DNA of 63,858 nucleotides, the filler included, from Octopus bimaculoides (taxonomy: Eukaryota): assembly GCF_001194135.2 (NCBI RefSeq). It is 5 parts of 5 records of this genome, joined end to end, with 100 filler letters (N's around TTAATTAATTAA, not from the genome) between each part and the next. Parts side by side here need not be neighbours in the genome. Positions count along the whole stretch, not along the records: positions 39,467 to 60,360 come from NC_069001.1; positions 60,461 to 62,297 come from NW_026305536.1; positions 62,398 to 63,858 come from NC_068982.1; 2 more parts are not named here. One strand, written 5' to 3'. The notes beneath the pieces are model-generated. The model was not told where the DNA came from. It did not search any database and saw nothing but the letters and a program-made list of their open reading frames with translations. Numbering within the stretch: position 1 is the first letter of the stretch; the number at the start of each line of letters is the position of its first letter. Shown piece by piece: positions 51,985 through 63,858 of this stretch. The position numbers were made by a program, and so were the translations under genes.

Positions 51985-52336
51985 GATACTGAATAAAGTC
52001 TAATTCGCATTTCATCTCCTATTTTATTAACACTCTCAAATACCACTGCGAAGTTCGTGAACTAAATCTACGGATAACAACAGATAACCTAAACTGTGCT
52101 GGTACTTTATTCATCATCTATTTATTATGTATAATGTTTCAATTATATATAAATATATACGCGTTCGAAACCCCACCCGCGATGGGTGAAAATCTGCTAA
52201 GTAGAAACTGTACTGTACTGCATATTCTTAAAAATTATCTTTATAATTTGTGTATATTTATTTTATTATAGGTGAACCGTGATATGGCGTGGAATTACTG
52301 TATACACACACACACAGACACACACACACACATATA

Positions 52337-52417
<81 letters not shown>

Positions 52418-52827
52418 GTAACAGAAATAATTAGATAAATGCTGATTATACTATGCATTTTCTATAGATATTTGAAGGAGTTTATTAATTACTCTAAGAT
52501 CAATTAAACACGAAAGTGCTCGTTGAAAATTTATTGAAAATATTAATTATGAGTCTAGGCTATTTCAGCGTAACGCTCTTCAAATCGAGATGGATGCCGC
52601 AATTCTGTAATTTCTTCCATTGTTACGAAACACAGGTTGGTGAAAAAGAATTTGAAACAATATAACAAAAGAATTGCTTTCATTTAAATTGAAGTATCAC
52701 CTCGAGGAACACTTACAAGTTGAAGAGGAACCGTATTTTATCCGGAGGTGTTATACGTAGACAAAGGAGCATTGATTGGTACATACACATGCACCCACAC
52801 GTATTTATGCATCTATCTATCTATCTA

Positions 52828-53270
52828 CTGGGTGGTCCAAAAGTAGGTGGACAGTAAATACATTACATATACAATTATATTTACTAATACAATTTATACA
52901 TTGACAATAAAATTTTATTGTGTACAATAATACAAAAGCGCTTAAATTTCATCAATGCAGGTACTCAAACTGTTGTCCATCACATTTTACACAACTTTGA
53001 AGTCTACCCCTTACGCTTCGACAAACATTTTTGCACTAGTCTCTTTGTGTATAAGTTTCTTGAAATGCATCTCTTATGTAATTTTTCAAATCATTAATGA
53101 TTCTTGATTTTCAACTATTAATTTTGTTTGTCCTTGTGTACTCCCCAAAACAAGATGTACATTGGGGTCGAGTGAGGTGAACGTGCTGGCCACTCAACTG
53201 GACCTCTGCATTATGTTGAGATACAGTAAAATAAGCTTTCAGTTTAAAATTGGACATTTCATTCTTAATG
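52828..53270 (-). mobile_element. Tc1/mariner transposase 3' remnant
   Basis: GPVEWPARSPHSTPMYILFWGVHKDK (WPxRSPDLTP-type motif) and the TIR TA|CTGGGTGGTCCAAAAGT. Confidence 0.75.
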
Positions 53271-53275
53271 ACCTG

Positions 53276-53336
<61 letters not shown>

Positions 53337-53802
53337 NNNNNNNNNNNNNNNNNNNNNNNNNNNNNNNNNNNNNNNNNNNNNNNNNNNNNNNNNNNNNNNN
53401 NNNNNNNNNNNNNNNNNNNNNNNNNNNNNNNNNNNNNNNNNNNNNNNNNNNNNNNNNNNNNNNNNNNNNNNNNNNNNNNNNNNNNNNNNNNNNNNNNNNN
53501 NNNNNNNNNNNNNNNNNNNNNNNNNNNNNNNNNNNNNNNNNNNNNNNNNNNNNNNNNNNNNNNNNNNNNNNNNNNNNNNNNNNNNNNNNNNNNNNNNNNN
53601 NNNNNNNNNNNNNNNNNNNNNNNNNNNNNNNNNACTATCAAAACGAATACAATTCCATCAATTTCTTGGACTTTAACCTTCATCTAGAAACAAGGAGTTA
53701 TAAACCCTACCATAATTATTATAAAAATTGAAATGGAGCTAAACCGGTGTACGCTTGGATGAAATACACCGCTGTTGCAAAAGCAACCTCTTTCGAAAAC
53801 TG

Positions 53803-53855
<53 letters not shown>

Positions 53856-54622
53856 TTTGTCCTCCAGTCAATGTTTGACAACCGGTGTTAATGTGTTTAC
53901 GTCCCCGTAAGCTAGAGATTCGGCAAAAGAGGTCAATAGAATAAGTACTAGGCTTTCAAAATAAGTCTCAAAGCCCTTCAAGGCGGTGCTCCAGCATGGC
54001 CGCAGTCAAGTGACTGGAACAAATAAAAGAATAAAAAAAGATTAAAGAATCTCCTACATGTAGCACTCTCCAAGTTCTACTCTTCCACAAATTCCACGGA
54101 TCATCTTTGCTGACAACATGGATTATTTTGGAAATTTAACAGTGCCAATAATAACACTTCAAAAAGTAACTGACGACTCGGTTGCCACAGAGATTTACTT
54201 GAACTCTGGCACTACGTGTCTCGTAAACTTTCTTGCTTTGCGAGGCTCATGGATGGCCGTGATTTTTCGGAACTTTTCTTAAAGAAATTTTCAACCTTTC
54301 TATCTGCCTCAAGCTTGTCTCTTATTCAAGTGACGCTAAATCGCGTCAAGTGGACCTATTTGATACTCTATCGTAAATTGCCCTTTGAACTTTCAACTGC
54401 GTTTTCCAGTACCACTCAAGGACAAATTTCCTTTACTGAATCCTTCGTCTGAATCCCTTCATGTTTTTGATGGGTTAAACGTAAAAGGTAAGGAAACTTA
54501 TGTGAGTTCTTAGCTATCAAAGAAAGTATACATTTTTGGGGCACTTTTCATATACATCCATTCATACATACATACTTACATATATGCATACATATGAACA
54601 AACATACGTACGTACATACAAT

Positions 54623-54655
<33 letters not shown>

Positions 54656-55435
54656 AACACACACATATATATATAACGACGGAGAGAGTGGGGAGAAAGA
54701 TTGAAACAAGGACAGAGAGGTACAGTATCAGAAGTAGAAACATAATGATGGATGGTCACGGAAGAAATACATTTGATTATAGATCGACACTATTAAGGCT
54801 GCAGCGGGAACTAAACACCACCATAACCACCGCCACTACTACTACAATAGTAAAACAAACAATTTTTGTTTTCAATTAACTCAAGATTTCTGCAGTACAC
54901 ATCGTAACCTCTTTTTAATCTTTAAATTTAACGGAAATAATTTTTTTTTACCATTTCAGTAATAACAATAATAATGATAATAATAATAGTTTTCTGTTAA
55001 ATTAAACATTCATTTCATTGTCGTCCTCTCACCTTTAGTTGGGAAAGTACTTCATCTGTTTTATTAACTTCTCAATTGGTTTGTTTCGTTGTAAATTCTA
55101 TTTTATGCTTTCCAATCTTCATTACGTAACGCTTTTTGTTGTCCTTTATTTTTTTCCAATTACATTGTTGGAGAAAGACAATAGTAAATTGGTTGGAAAA
55201 GTTTAAGAGAAAGGAAAACATATTTCACCACCATCATTGTCTTCGACGCTGTCGCTGTTGTTGGTGCTGCTGTTTTTGTTATTAGTGTTGCGTCTACTGT
55301 TGTTGTTGTTGTTGTAGTCGGTGGTGGTAATCGTGGTGTTGTTGTTGTTGTCTTTGTTGTTGATTTTGTTGCTGCTGTAGTTGTTGGCGTTATTGTTGGT
55401 GTTAGTTTTTTGGCATTGTTGTTGTTGCTGCTAGT

Positions 55436-55770
55436 GAAGGCACGTGGGCTACTGGTCAGGAGTGCTCGGCCCACGATATGATCGTGAGGTCATGAGTTGA
55501 ATTCCAGGTGACGCGTTGTGCTCTTGAGCAAGACACTTTACTTCACCATACCTTACTCCAAATCCACTCAGCTGGCAAAAATGAGTTGGACTTTAATCTC
55601 AAAGGTTCAGCCTTGTCACACTCTGTGTCACGCTGAAACTCCCCGAGAACCACGTTAAGGGTACACGTGTCTGTGGAGTACTCAGCAGTTTTCTCGTTAA
55701 TTACATGAGTAGGCTGTTCCGCTGATTGGATTAACTGGAAACCCTCGTAACCGAAGGGGTGCCAGTTGTT
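55436..55770 (+). mobile_element. SINE family C, full length, alternative middle module
   Basis: tRNA-like head, body ccttgtcac.ctgtgtcacgctga..ccccgagaac.acgttaagggtacacgtgtc, and 3' end actggaaaccctcgtaaccg. Confidence 0.8.
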
Positions 55771-56134
55771 GTAACCCTTACATGATGAAGTTTTCGGACA
55801 CAACCCAATAGGTTTACCATTAACTCTATGAAATATTCGTGTGTAAACTAGTGTGTAATTGGCCGAGCATTCCATAGGTACGTATATTTTTTTCAGACTG
55901 AATCACGTATGTTGCTGTTTACCCGTGTTATAAACCTAAGTGGAGAAAAGTTACTGTTGGCCTGTGCTTGTTACGGGGTTAAGTGCTTCAGTAAGAAAGT
56001 ATGTAGTCACGACCACACATAAATATAATCTCGGGTAACGCATCCTAGCCCTAACATAACACCCGGGGTAGGGGAATGACAAATAAAGGATACATGACTG
56101 GTTGGTACTCATTACAGCTGAGTAGAGAACTTGA

Positions 56135-56950
56135 GTAACAGGAAATTGCTCAAGGATAGAACACGTCGTCCGGCTCAGGACTCGAAATCTGTGATCTTAT
56201 GACGCTGAATCGAACATTTCAATCACTAAGCCACGTGCCTTCACGCTCAACTAATTATAAACTAATTTAAAGACTTATAAATTAGTTTAATTAATTTTAA
56301 ACAGTTAAGTTTCTTGTCCAAGAATGCAATGTAGTGCTTGGCTCAGAAATCGTACTTTTGATCGTAAATCGAATTTTATGACCACTAAACCACGTGCCTT
56401 CACACTCAGCTACTTACAAAGTAATTTGAAGACAGAACCAACGCGTAGTTAGGTTCCTTGCTCAAGGACACAATGTCCTACCTGGTCCATGAATCGTGCC
56501 TGTAACCCTATGATCGTAAATCAAACATTTTAACCACTAATCTACAAGTTGATTTAAAGACTGGAGCATCACGTAATCAAGTTTCTTGCTCAAGGAAACA
56601 ATGTCCTGTCTGGTTCAGAAATCGTACCAGTGATCTTATAATACTTTCTACTATAGGCACAAGGCCTGAAATTTGGGTGGAGGAAGGGGGCCAGTCGATT
56701 AGATCGACTCCAGTACAGTACGCAACTGGCACTTTATTTATAGACCCCGAAAGGCTGAAAGGCAAAGCCGACCTCGGCGGAATTTGAACTCAGAACGTAA
56801 CAGCAGACGAAATACCGCTAAGCATTTCCCCCAGCGTGCTAAGAATTCTGCCATCTTGCCGCCTTCTAGTGATCTTATGATGGTGGATCGAACACTTTAA
56901 CCACTAAAGTATAAGAATCTTCAAACTCAGCTCTTTCGAGGTGAATTTCA
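56135..56950 (-). repeat. Tandem array of four SINE-C-like tRNA heads
   Basis: The anchor ttgctcaagga recurs at 56146, 56314, 56458 and 56586. Units carry A-box/B-box-like motifs, best preserved in units 1-2. Confidence 0.7.
56640..56867 (-). mobile_element. SINE family B inserted in the array, with an 11-bp TSD
   Basis: agtgatcttat at 56629-56639 and 56868-56878. Confidence 0.85.
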
Positions 56951-57349
56951 AAGAGTCGGTNNNNNNNNNNNNNNNNNNNNNNNNNNNNNNNNNNNNNNNN
57001 NNNNNNNNNNNNNNNNNNNNNNNNNNNNNNNNNNNNNNNNNNNNNNNNNNNNNNNNNNNNNNNNNNNNNNNNNNNNNNNNNNNNNNNNNNNNNNNNNNNN
57101 NNNNNNNNNNNNNNNNNNNNNNNNNNNNNNNNNNNNNNNNNNNNNNNNNNNNNNNNNNNNNNNNNNNNNNNNNNNNNNNNNNNNNNNNNNNNNNNNNNNN
57201 NNNNNNNNNNNNNNNNNNNNNNNNNNNNNNNNNNNNNNNNNNNNNNNNNNNNNNNNNNNNNNNNNNNNNNNNNNNNNNNNNNNNNNNNNNNNNNNNNNNN
57301 NNNNNNNNNNNNNNNNNNNNNNNNNNNNNNNNNNNNNNNNNNNNNNNNN

Positions 57350-57960
57350 NNCTAGTAATCCTATCGCCGTACTTCCACCACCACCACCACCACCACCACC
57401 ATTACATACATCACCACTACCATAACCACATACACTGCCACCGCTGTCTACACAGTCACCACCTTAACCACCACTACTACCGCGACCACAACGTCAGCAC
57501 CCCAACCGAAACCAACACCGCCACCACCGTCAACATCATCATCACTACTTTCTTACTACTATTACTACTGCTGCTGATAATGATGATGATGATGATACTG
57601 CTGCTGTTGCTGCTGCTACCGCAGTCGCAATGGCGGTGGTGTCACTACTACTACTACTACTACTTCTACTACTACTACCACCACCATTTCAAAGAATAAC
57701 CCTAGCTTCTAGCAACACCACAATCGCCGTCACAACTACATCTATTATTATATTGCCGTTATTATTATCATTAGTGTTATTATTATCATTATTATTATTA
57801 TTATTAGTGTTATTATTATTATTATTATTAATAAATTGTTATTATTGATATTATTATCATTATCATCACCATTATTATCGTTATTCCTTTACTAACACCA
57901 CTACCACCACCACTACTACTACAACAACTACTACAACTACTGCTGCTGCTGCTGCCGTCG
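57350..57960 (+). repeat. Mosaic trinucleotide low-complexity region (CAC/CTA/CTG/TAT)
   Basis: Directly visible. The mirror-type tract (GTT)n lies at 55220-55435. Confidence 0.9.
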
Positions 57961-58204
57961 CTGTTCAGTTTATTGTCTCCGTCTCTCTCTCTCTCCCTCT
58001 GCACCTCTGTCGCAACTCTAACTTGTTACCAACGTTTGGAAGATTCCTTTTGTTGTCTTCAGAGAATTGGTGAGATCTCTCCAAGAGGTTCGTGCAGAGA
58101 ATACAACCCAATTAGAAGGATGTTTTTCGGCAATCTATACATATATGTCGTCGTCTTCTTAAGTAGTGATCCACGTGATTAATCGAACACAAGCAAAGGA
58201 ACGC

Positions 58205-58680
58205 TTATTGTCAGGAGACAATTGCAGAAACTACTAATCAAAAGGACCCCTGATAAACAGAGAGGAAACAAAAAAGCCTATTGATTAATGGTCGGTGGGT
58301 TCTTGGTCGGTTTACGACGATGAGCGTTGTCTCTTTTTCGGCCAACTGAATCTAGTTCTTAGCCTGTGTTTAATATCTAATATGATTTATTGTTAAAAGG
58401 AAATTGCCGAAAAAGCCTTTTGATAAATGGTAGATAGGTCGGGTTCTACGTCGGTTTTCGACGACGAGCGTTTTCTGTTGTCCGGCCATTTTTCTTTCAA
58501 AGAGAGTGTCATTTATTATGCAGAGGCAATTACAGAGGCTACTATAAAACGATTCTCGATAAATAAAAAGAAACCATTTAATAAATGGTAGGTAAGCTGG
58601 GTTCTACGTCGGTTATCGACGACGATGTTTTTCTATTGTCAGGCCAAAGTGAATCGAGTTTTTAACCTTTGTCTTACGTT
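58205..58680. repeat. Three ~145-160-bp tandem units, each with a conserved hairpin
   Basis: Hairpins at 58306-58318, 58449-58463 and 58607-58621 within a repeated aatgg...gggttct.cgtcgg....cgacga.gag..ttt...tt.tc.ggcca context. Confidence 0.75.
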
Positions 58681-58704
58681 TGGTGTTGTTTGTCTTACGT
58701 TTGG

Positions 58705-59065
58705 TGTTAATTTATCGACCCTGAACGGATGAAGGGCAAAGTCGAGCTCGGCGGAATTGGAACTCAGAACGTAGCGGCAGACGGAATACCGCTATGCCTT
58801 TTGCCCGGCGTGCTAACGACTCTGCCAGCTCGCTTCTCTGGTAGCAATAATAATAACGATTTCAAATGTTTTTATCACAAGGCCAGTAAGTTCAGAGGAA
58901 GGGATAAATCAATTACATCGACACCAGTCATCAACTGGTACTTGTTTCATCGACCCCGACAGGATGAAAGGCAAAGTCGGTCTCGGTGGAATTTGAACTC
59001 AGAACGTAACGTTGCTAACGATTTGATCCGACCTGCAAAGAACTGTTCCAACTCACCGCCTTAAT
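58705..59065 (-). mobile_element. Tandem pair of SINE family B copies
   Basis: Two gatgaa.ggcaaagtcg...ggcggaatt.gaactcagaacgta segments separated by (AAT)n. Confidence 0.8.
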
Positions 59066-59580
59066 AACACTAATAGTAGCAGTGAAATTAATAATAGCGG
59101 TAACAACAAAAGCAACAACAACAATATTATTAATATTATTATTATTATTATTATTAAAATAACTCGTTTCTATATAAGTGCGTGTATGAGTGTATGTGTG
59201 GATGTGCGCATGTATGCACGATTATGTGTTTTGCAAACGAGATTTGATTGCGTGCTTTCAATATTGGTTGTTACGTTGTCTAAATATCCGCGTTTAACAC
59301 GCAACAAATTCCGTATACATACATACATACATACATACCTACACACACACACATACATACATAGGTACACACACACACACACACACACACACATCCAGAT
59401 ATAATGTCGCTGTTTTCTGTCCATCAATCTGTCGGTCGTTCTGACGCTGTCTGTGTGTATATATACATATTTCCAAACAAACACACACGTACTCGTGCAC
59501 GCGCACACACATATTCATCCTCAATCACACATTTATATCTCTATACATGTATATACACATGCATTCATACACACATATGC

Positions 59581-59611
<31 letters not shown>

Positions 59612-60090
59612 TATATNNNNNNNNNNNNNNNNNNNNNNNNNNNNNNNNNNNNNNNNNNNNNNNNNNNNNNNNNNNNNNNNNNNNNNNNNNNNNNNNNNNN
59701 NNNNNNNNNNNNNNNNAAAATACAGGAGGATCAGTTAATTATGATTGTATTCAACATATTCCCCTCCTGGATTCATGCACTTATTGCAGCAGTCTTTCAG
59801 GTTTTCTAAGCACTGGAAATGAACTCGAAGGTTGGGCCTCCAACCAGGTCTTTCGCGAGACCCTTAAAACCAGGTACTTTTCAGCACACCTTCGTATATA
59901 TATGGGTGGGAGCAACTGTTTTTGAAGACTGATATTGTCATTAAATGAGGAGTAGATAGACAGCCGACAACTGATGAAGGGTACTTTCTCTGTGTTTACT
60001 TGTCCTGTTTTCCTTTTTTTATTCCATTGTTTACGTATTTCATGTTATTTGCACCGTTGGTGATGTCCGTACCTATATATGCATGTATTC

Positions 60091-60136
<46 letters not shown>

Positions 60137-60464
60137 CACATGTTATATATTACGTACTATTTATTATATAGACAAATGGATAGATAAAGATATATATCTA
60201 TTGCTATATATACATAATTGTATATATATATATATATTACATGTTATATATTACTTACTATTTATTATATAGACAGATAGATATAGATATATATCTATAT
60301 ATACATAATTGTATATATATATATATATATACATCATTTATATATATATATATATATATANNNNNNNNNNNNNNNNNNNNNNNNNNNNNNNNNNNNNNNN
60401 NNNNTTAATTAATTAANNNNNNNNNNNNNNNNNNNNNNNNNNNNNNNNNNNNNNNNNNNNATAA

Positions 60465-60915
60465 TAATCCTTTCTATTGGAAGCACAAGGCCTCAAATTT
60501 TGGGGAAGGGATTAAGTCAATTACATCGATCTCAGTGCAAAACTGGTACTTAATTTATCAATCCCAAAAGGATGAAAGGCAAAGTCGACCTCGGCGGATT
60601 TTGGACTCAGGACGTAGTGACAGATGAAGTACCACTAAGCATTTCACTTGGCATGTTAATGATTCTGCCAGCTCATTGCCTTAATAATAATAATGGTTTC
60701 AAATTTTGCCTCAAGGGCAGCCACTTTGTGGGGAGAGAGGATGAGTCGATTACATCCACCCTAGTGTTTCACTGGTACTTAATTTATTGACTTCGAAAGG
60801 ATGAAAGGCAAAGTCGACCTCGGCGGAATTTGAACTCAGAATGATGTAGCGGTAAATGAAATACCACTAAGCATTTCACCTGGCATGCGAACGATTCTGC
60901 CAGTTCACCACCTTC

Positions 60916-60918
<3 letters not shown>
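60465..60918 (-). mobile_element. Tandem pair of SINE family B copies
   Basis: Same structure as 58705-59065, with (AAT)n between and after the copies. Confidence 0.8.
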
Positions 60919-60957
<39 letters not shown>

Positions 60958-61260
60958 CATCATCATCATCATTGTTTAACGTCCGCTTTCCATGCTAGCA
61001 TGGGTTGGACAATTTGACTGAGGACTGGTGGACCAGGTGGCTACACCAGGCACCAATCTGATTTGGCAGAGTTTCTACAGCTGGATGCCCTTCTTAATGC
61101 CAACCACTCCGAGAGTGTAGTGGGTGCTTTTATGTGCCACCGGCATGAAGGTCAGTCAGGCCTTACTGGCAACGGCCACACTTGAAATGGTGTATTTTAC
61201 GAGCTGCCTGCACAGGAGCCAGTCTAGCCACACTGGCAACGGTCTCGCTCGAATGTCTTT
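60958..61260 (-). mobile_element. RTE-type tail element (family D)
   Basis: (CAT)n-gtttaacgtccgctttccatgctagcatgggttgg...ggatgcccttcttaatgccaacc. Confidence 0.75.
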
Positions 61261-62165
61261 TCATGTGCCAGGAAAGCGAAGTTTTCAAACAGGGGAGATA
61301 ATCCAGCATCCAGAGACTAGTTTTAGGGTAATTGCTCTCTATCAGTCTAGAGTAGCTTGGCCTTGCTAGCAGTCAGTGCTAAATCACTGTCAAAAACTTA
61401 TAGAATTTCAAGTGAAATACATTTACTGATCTACAAAATTAGAAATATTGCATTTCTAAATGTCTCAGAGAGAGTTATGCAGCAGTAGCACGAAAAAAGA
61501 AACAGAACAAAAACTAAATAGAGGACAATAAAACATCCGAACAGGTAGAAGATACAAAGGTGGACAGGAAACACAACACTTAGAGGGACAGGAAAAAAAA
61601 GGATGGGTCATCCTGACCTTCTTTCGTCAGTCAAGTTACCAGATGTCCTTACAGTTTCGGACAGTTACACTTGAGACTGTTCAATGTGGTTGCCTCCAAA
61701 CGAGTCTAAGCTAAGAGCATTAGATTTTTTTTGTAAGAAAGCTAGCGAATGCATACGACAACAAAGACAAAAATCAGAGAACATGGTACACAATTACAAA
61801 TACAAACAACAAGAAATAACAACAGGTGCCTTTTGACTGAGGACGAATCAAATTGAGCTGGCAATGTGTAAAGTGAGAGTCTTAAGACAAGAACATAGGA
61901 GATGGACATAAGAAGTGCTGGCAGTCGGCAGTCAGGCCAAGAAAGAAAGATCATAGTTGGCTGAACACCAGTCACATGGAAGGAGAAGAGAGGGGTTAGG
62001 GGGCAGCCGGATTAAAGGATTAGAAAAAAAAATCAAAGAGACAAAGGGAAAAGTACATGGGAGATAAACAAGGAGAAAAAGTGGGAGTTATAGAAAGAGA
62101 GGGCCAAGAAATGTGAGAGAGGGGGAGCGAGAAAAAGAAAAGAGGAAGTGAAAGCCTTATATGTG

Positions 62166-62217
<52 letters not shown>

Positions 62218-63858
62218 GTATATATGTATATATAATAAAAAAAAATAAATGTATATATATGTATATATATATATGTATGTATATATATGTATATATANNN
62301 NNNNNNNNNNNNNNNNNNNNNNNNNNNNNNNNNNNNNNNNNTTAATTAATTAANNNNNNNNNNNNNNNNNNNNNNNNNNNNNNNNNNNNNNNNNNNNATA
62401 TATATATACAATATATACATGTTTCCGTGAGTTTGGCATGTGTTGCATGGGCGTGTGTTCGTAAATATATAGCATGCCGTACGTTGGTTTAAATATATAG
62501 AATTATACGAAGTAAAACGGATAGAATATTGAATTAGTACTTCTACTGTATTTCTTCCTTTAGGATTTTTAAAACGAGTAAAGAAAATAAACAGGAGAAA
62601 TATAAATAGAGAACTTTCATAAATATTTTGAAATATATTTATTTATGGAAATTGTGTTGCCAAAATATTGCAAGAAAATATGACACACCTGCATTAATTA
62701 TAGCTCTTTTGCCCACCTGTTTCACAAACGTCTTGACAAGAATCAATTGTCTTGCTTTATAGTTCAATAGTTGGCTTGAATGTATCAGGTGAATTTCTAT
62801 GTGAGCAGATGGGCATATTGTCCATATTGTATTATGCGTAAAACAACTGAACAATTTAAATTTTGACATGATTTATAAAGGTTTTCCTCAAACCAAACAA
62901 AAATTGCAAGACTAAACATAATAGAATATATTTATGAATACACATAATTATAGGTTGCCAGATTCCATTTCTTCTTCAGTCCTTTGAAAAATCGCACTGT
63001 GAAGCATAGGTGAACGTTTCATGAAGCTTCAGCAACTTACAATATATAACTACGTCGGTACCTATGTATATTCATTACGGATATGAATTAGTTATTAAGA
63101 GGAAAAAAATCTCTAGCAGGAACTCATGATTAAATAATGTTTTTTTTTTTTAATTGATTCACTATTTATAATAACCAAAAGCTGTATATTCCAAACTCCC
63201 GAGACGTTTCTAGAAATAATTACATAAAACGCTACCAATATATATTTTTGTGAAAGAATTCAATTAGATATTGCTGCATTTTTGTTTAAAAGTATATGAA
63301 TGCTATTTAGCGATTTTGTCAGCTTAAATCTTGTTTAGGGGAAACCGTTTAAAGTTGAATAGTTAAATATTCATAGATGTATTTTGTTTGTCGCTATTAC
63401 ATTGAGGTGAATGGAAGTTATTTATTACTACTTTAACCATTTCTACTATAGAGAGATGTATTAAAACGTAATTGAAGATGGTTTTTATGTAATTATTTAT
63501 TTAATAAATTTTATTATGTATCTCGCTATCATTAAAAGGCGCCTCTTTCAGAAATTTATTACTGAGAATACTGAGAATTTTATAGATATAGAAGTAATTG
63601 AAAAACATAATAAATAATGCATTATTAATTCTAAATTTAGGTCAGTTCATTTCACTTACCTGAACAAAACATGTCTACTTTATATCTAAAATGAGGATAC
63701 CGTGTAAATCAGTCTCAGTAGCAGTTACAGTAAGGAGCTTAAGAAATTTAACTAGATATATAGAAGGTTCAATTATATGTATCATTTCATACAGACATGC
63801 ATATACACGCACGCGCACACACACGCGCACACACACACGCACACACACAGATATATAT

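Noticed and set aside
54180-54470. Possible coding fragment (78-aa ORF on +)
   Set aside because: No recognisable motif, and the minus frame has scattered stops suggestive of decayed TE sequence that could not be assigned.
56941-57848. Poly-His/poly-Leu ORFs suggesting a membrane or metal-binding protein
   Set aside because: Trinucleotide low-complexity mosaic with no splice or codon evidence.
56135-58680. CRISPR-like repeat-spacer array
   Set aside because: The context is eukaryotic, the units are 130-170 bp with homologous rather than unique spacers, and there are no cas genes.

Overview
AT-rich, microsatellite-dense, gap-ridden eukaryotic genomic DNA with no prokaryotic operon, CRISPR array or rRNA. 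The SINE repertoire looks like an octopus (cephalopod) draft assembly; this is inference from recalled repeat families, not a database result. Most of the window is transposon debris: three tRNA-head SINE families (called A, B and C here), RTE-type tails, two Helitrons plus an isolated Helitron 3' end, an internally deleted Gypsy LTR element with intact TSD, maT/mariner and possible pogo remnants, an R4/Dong-type LINE endonuclease fragment, Penelope-like ends with decayed hammerhead motifs, and an RTE LINE 3' end encoding three C2H2 zinc fingers. The left ~20 kb is CpG-depleted and ends at a CpG-rich promoter-like block (~20.3-21.0 kb). This suggests the methylated body of an unidentified host gene, probably on the minus strand, for which only tentative exons can be proposed. 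The right ~43 kb retains CpG. Most listed ORFs are microsatellite or N-gap artefacts. The best leads are the triple-zinc-finger RTE terminus, two small tandem arrays built from a SINE head and a SINE tail hairpin, a covarying SINE 3' stem-loop, an outward-facing telomeric palindrome, a Helitron with a triplicated helicase end, and the methylation boundary with its unnamed gene.
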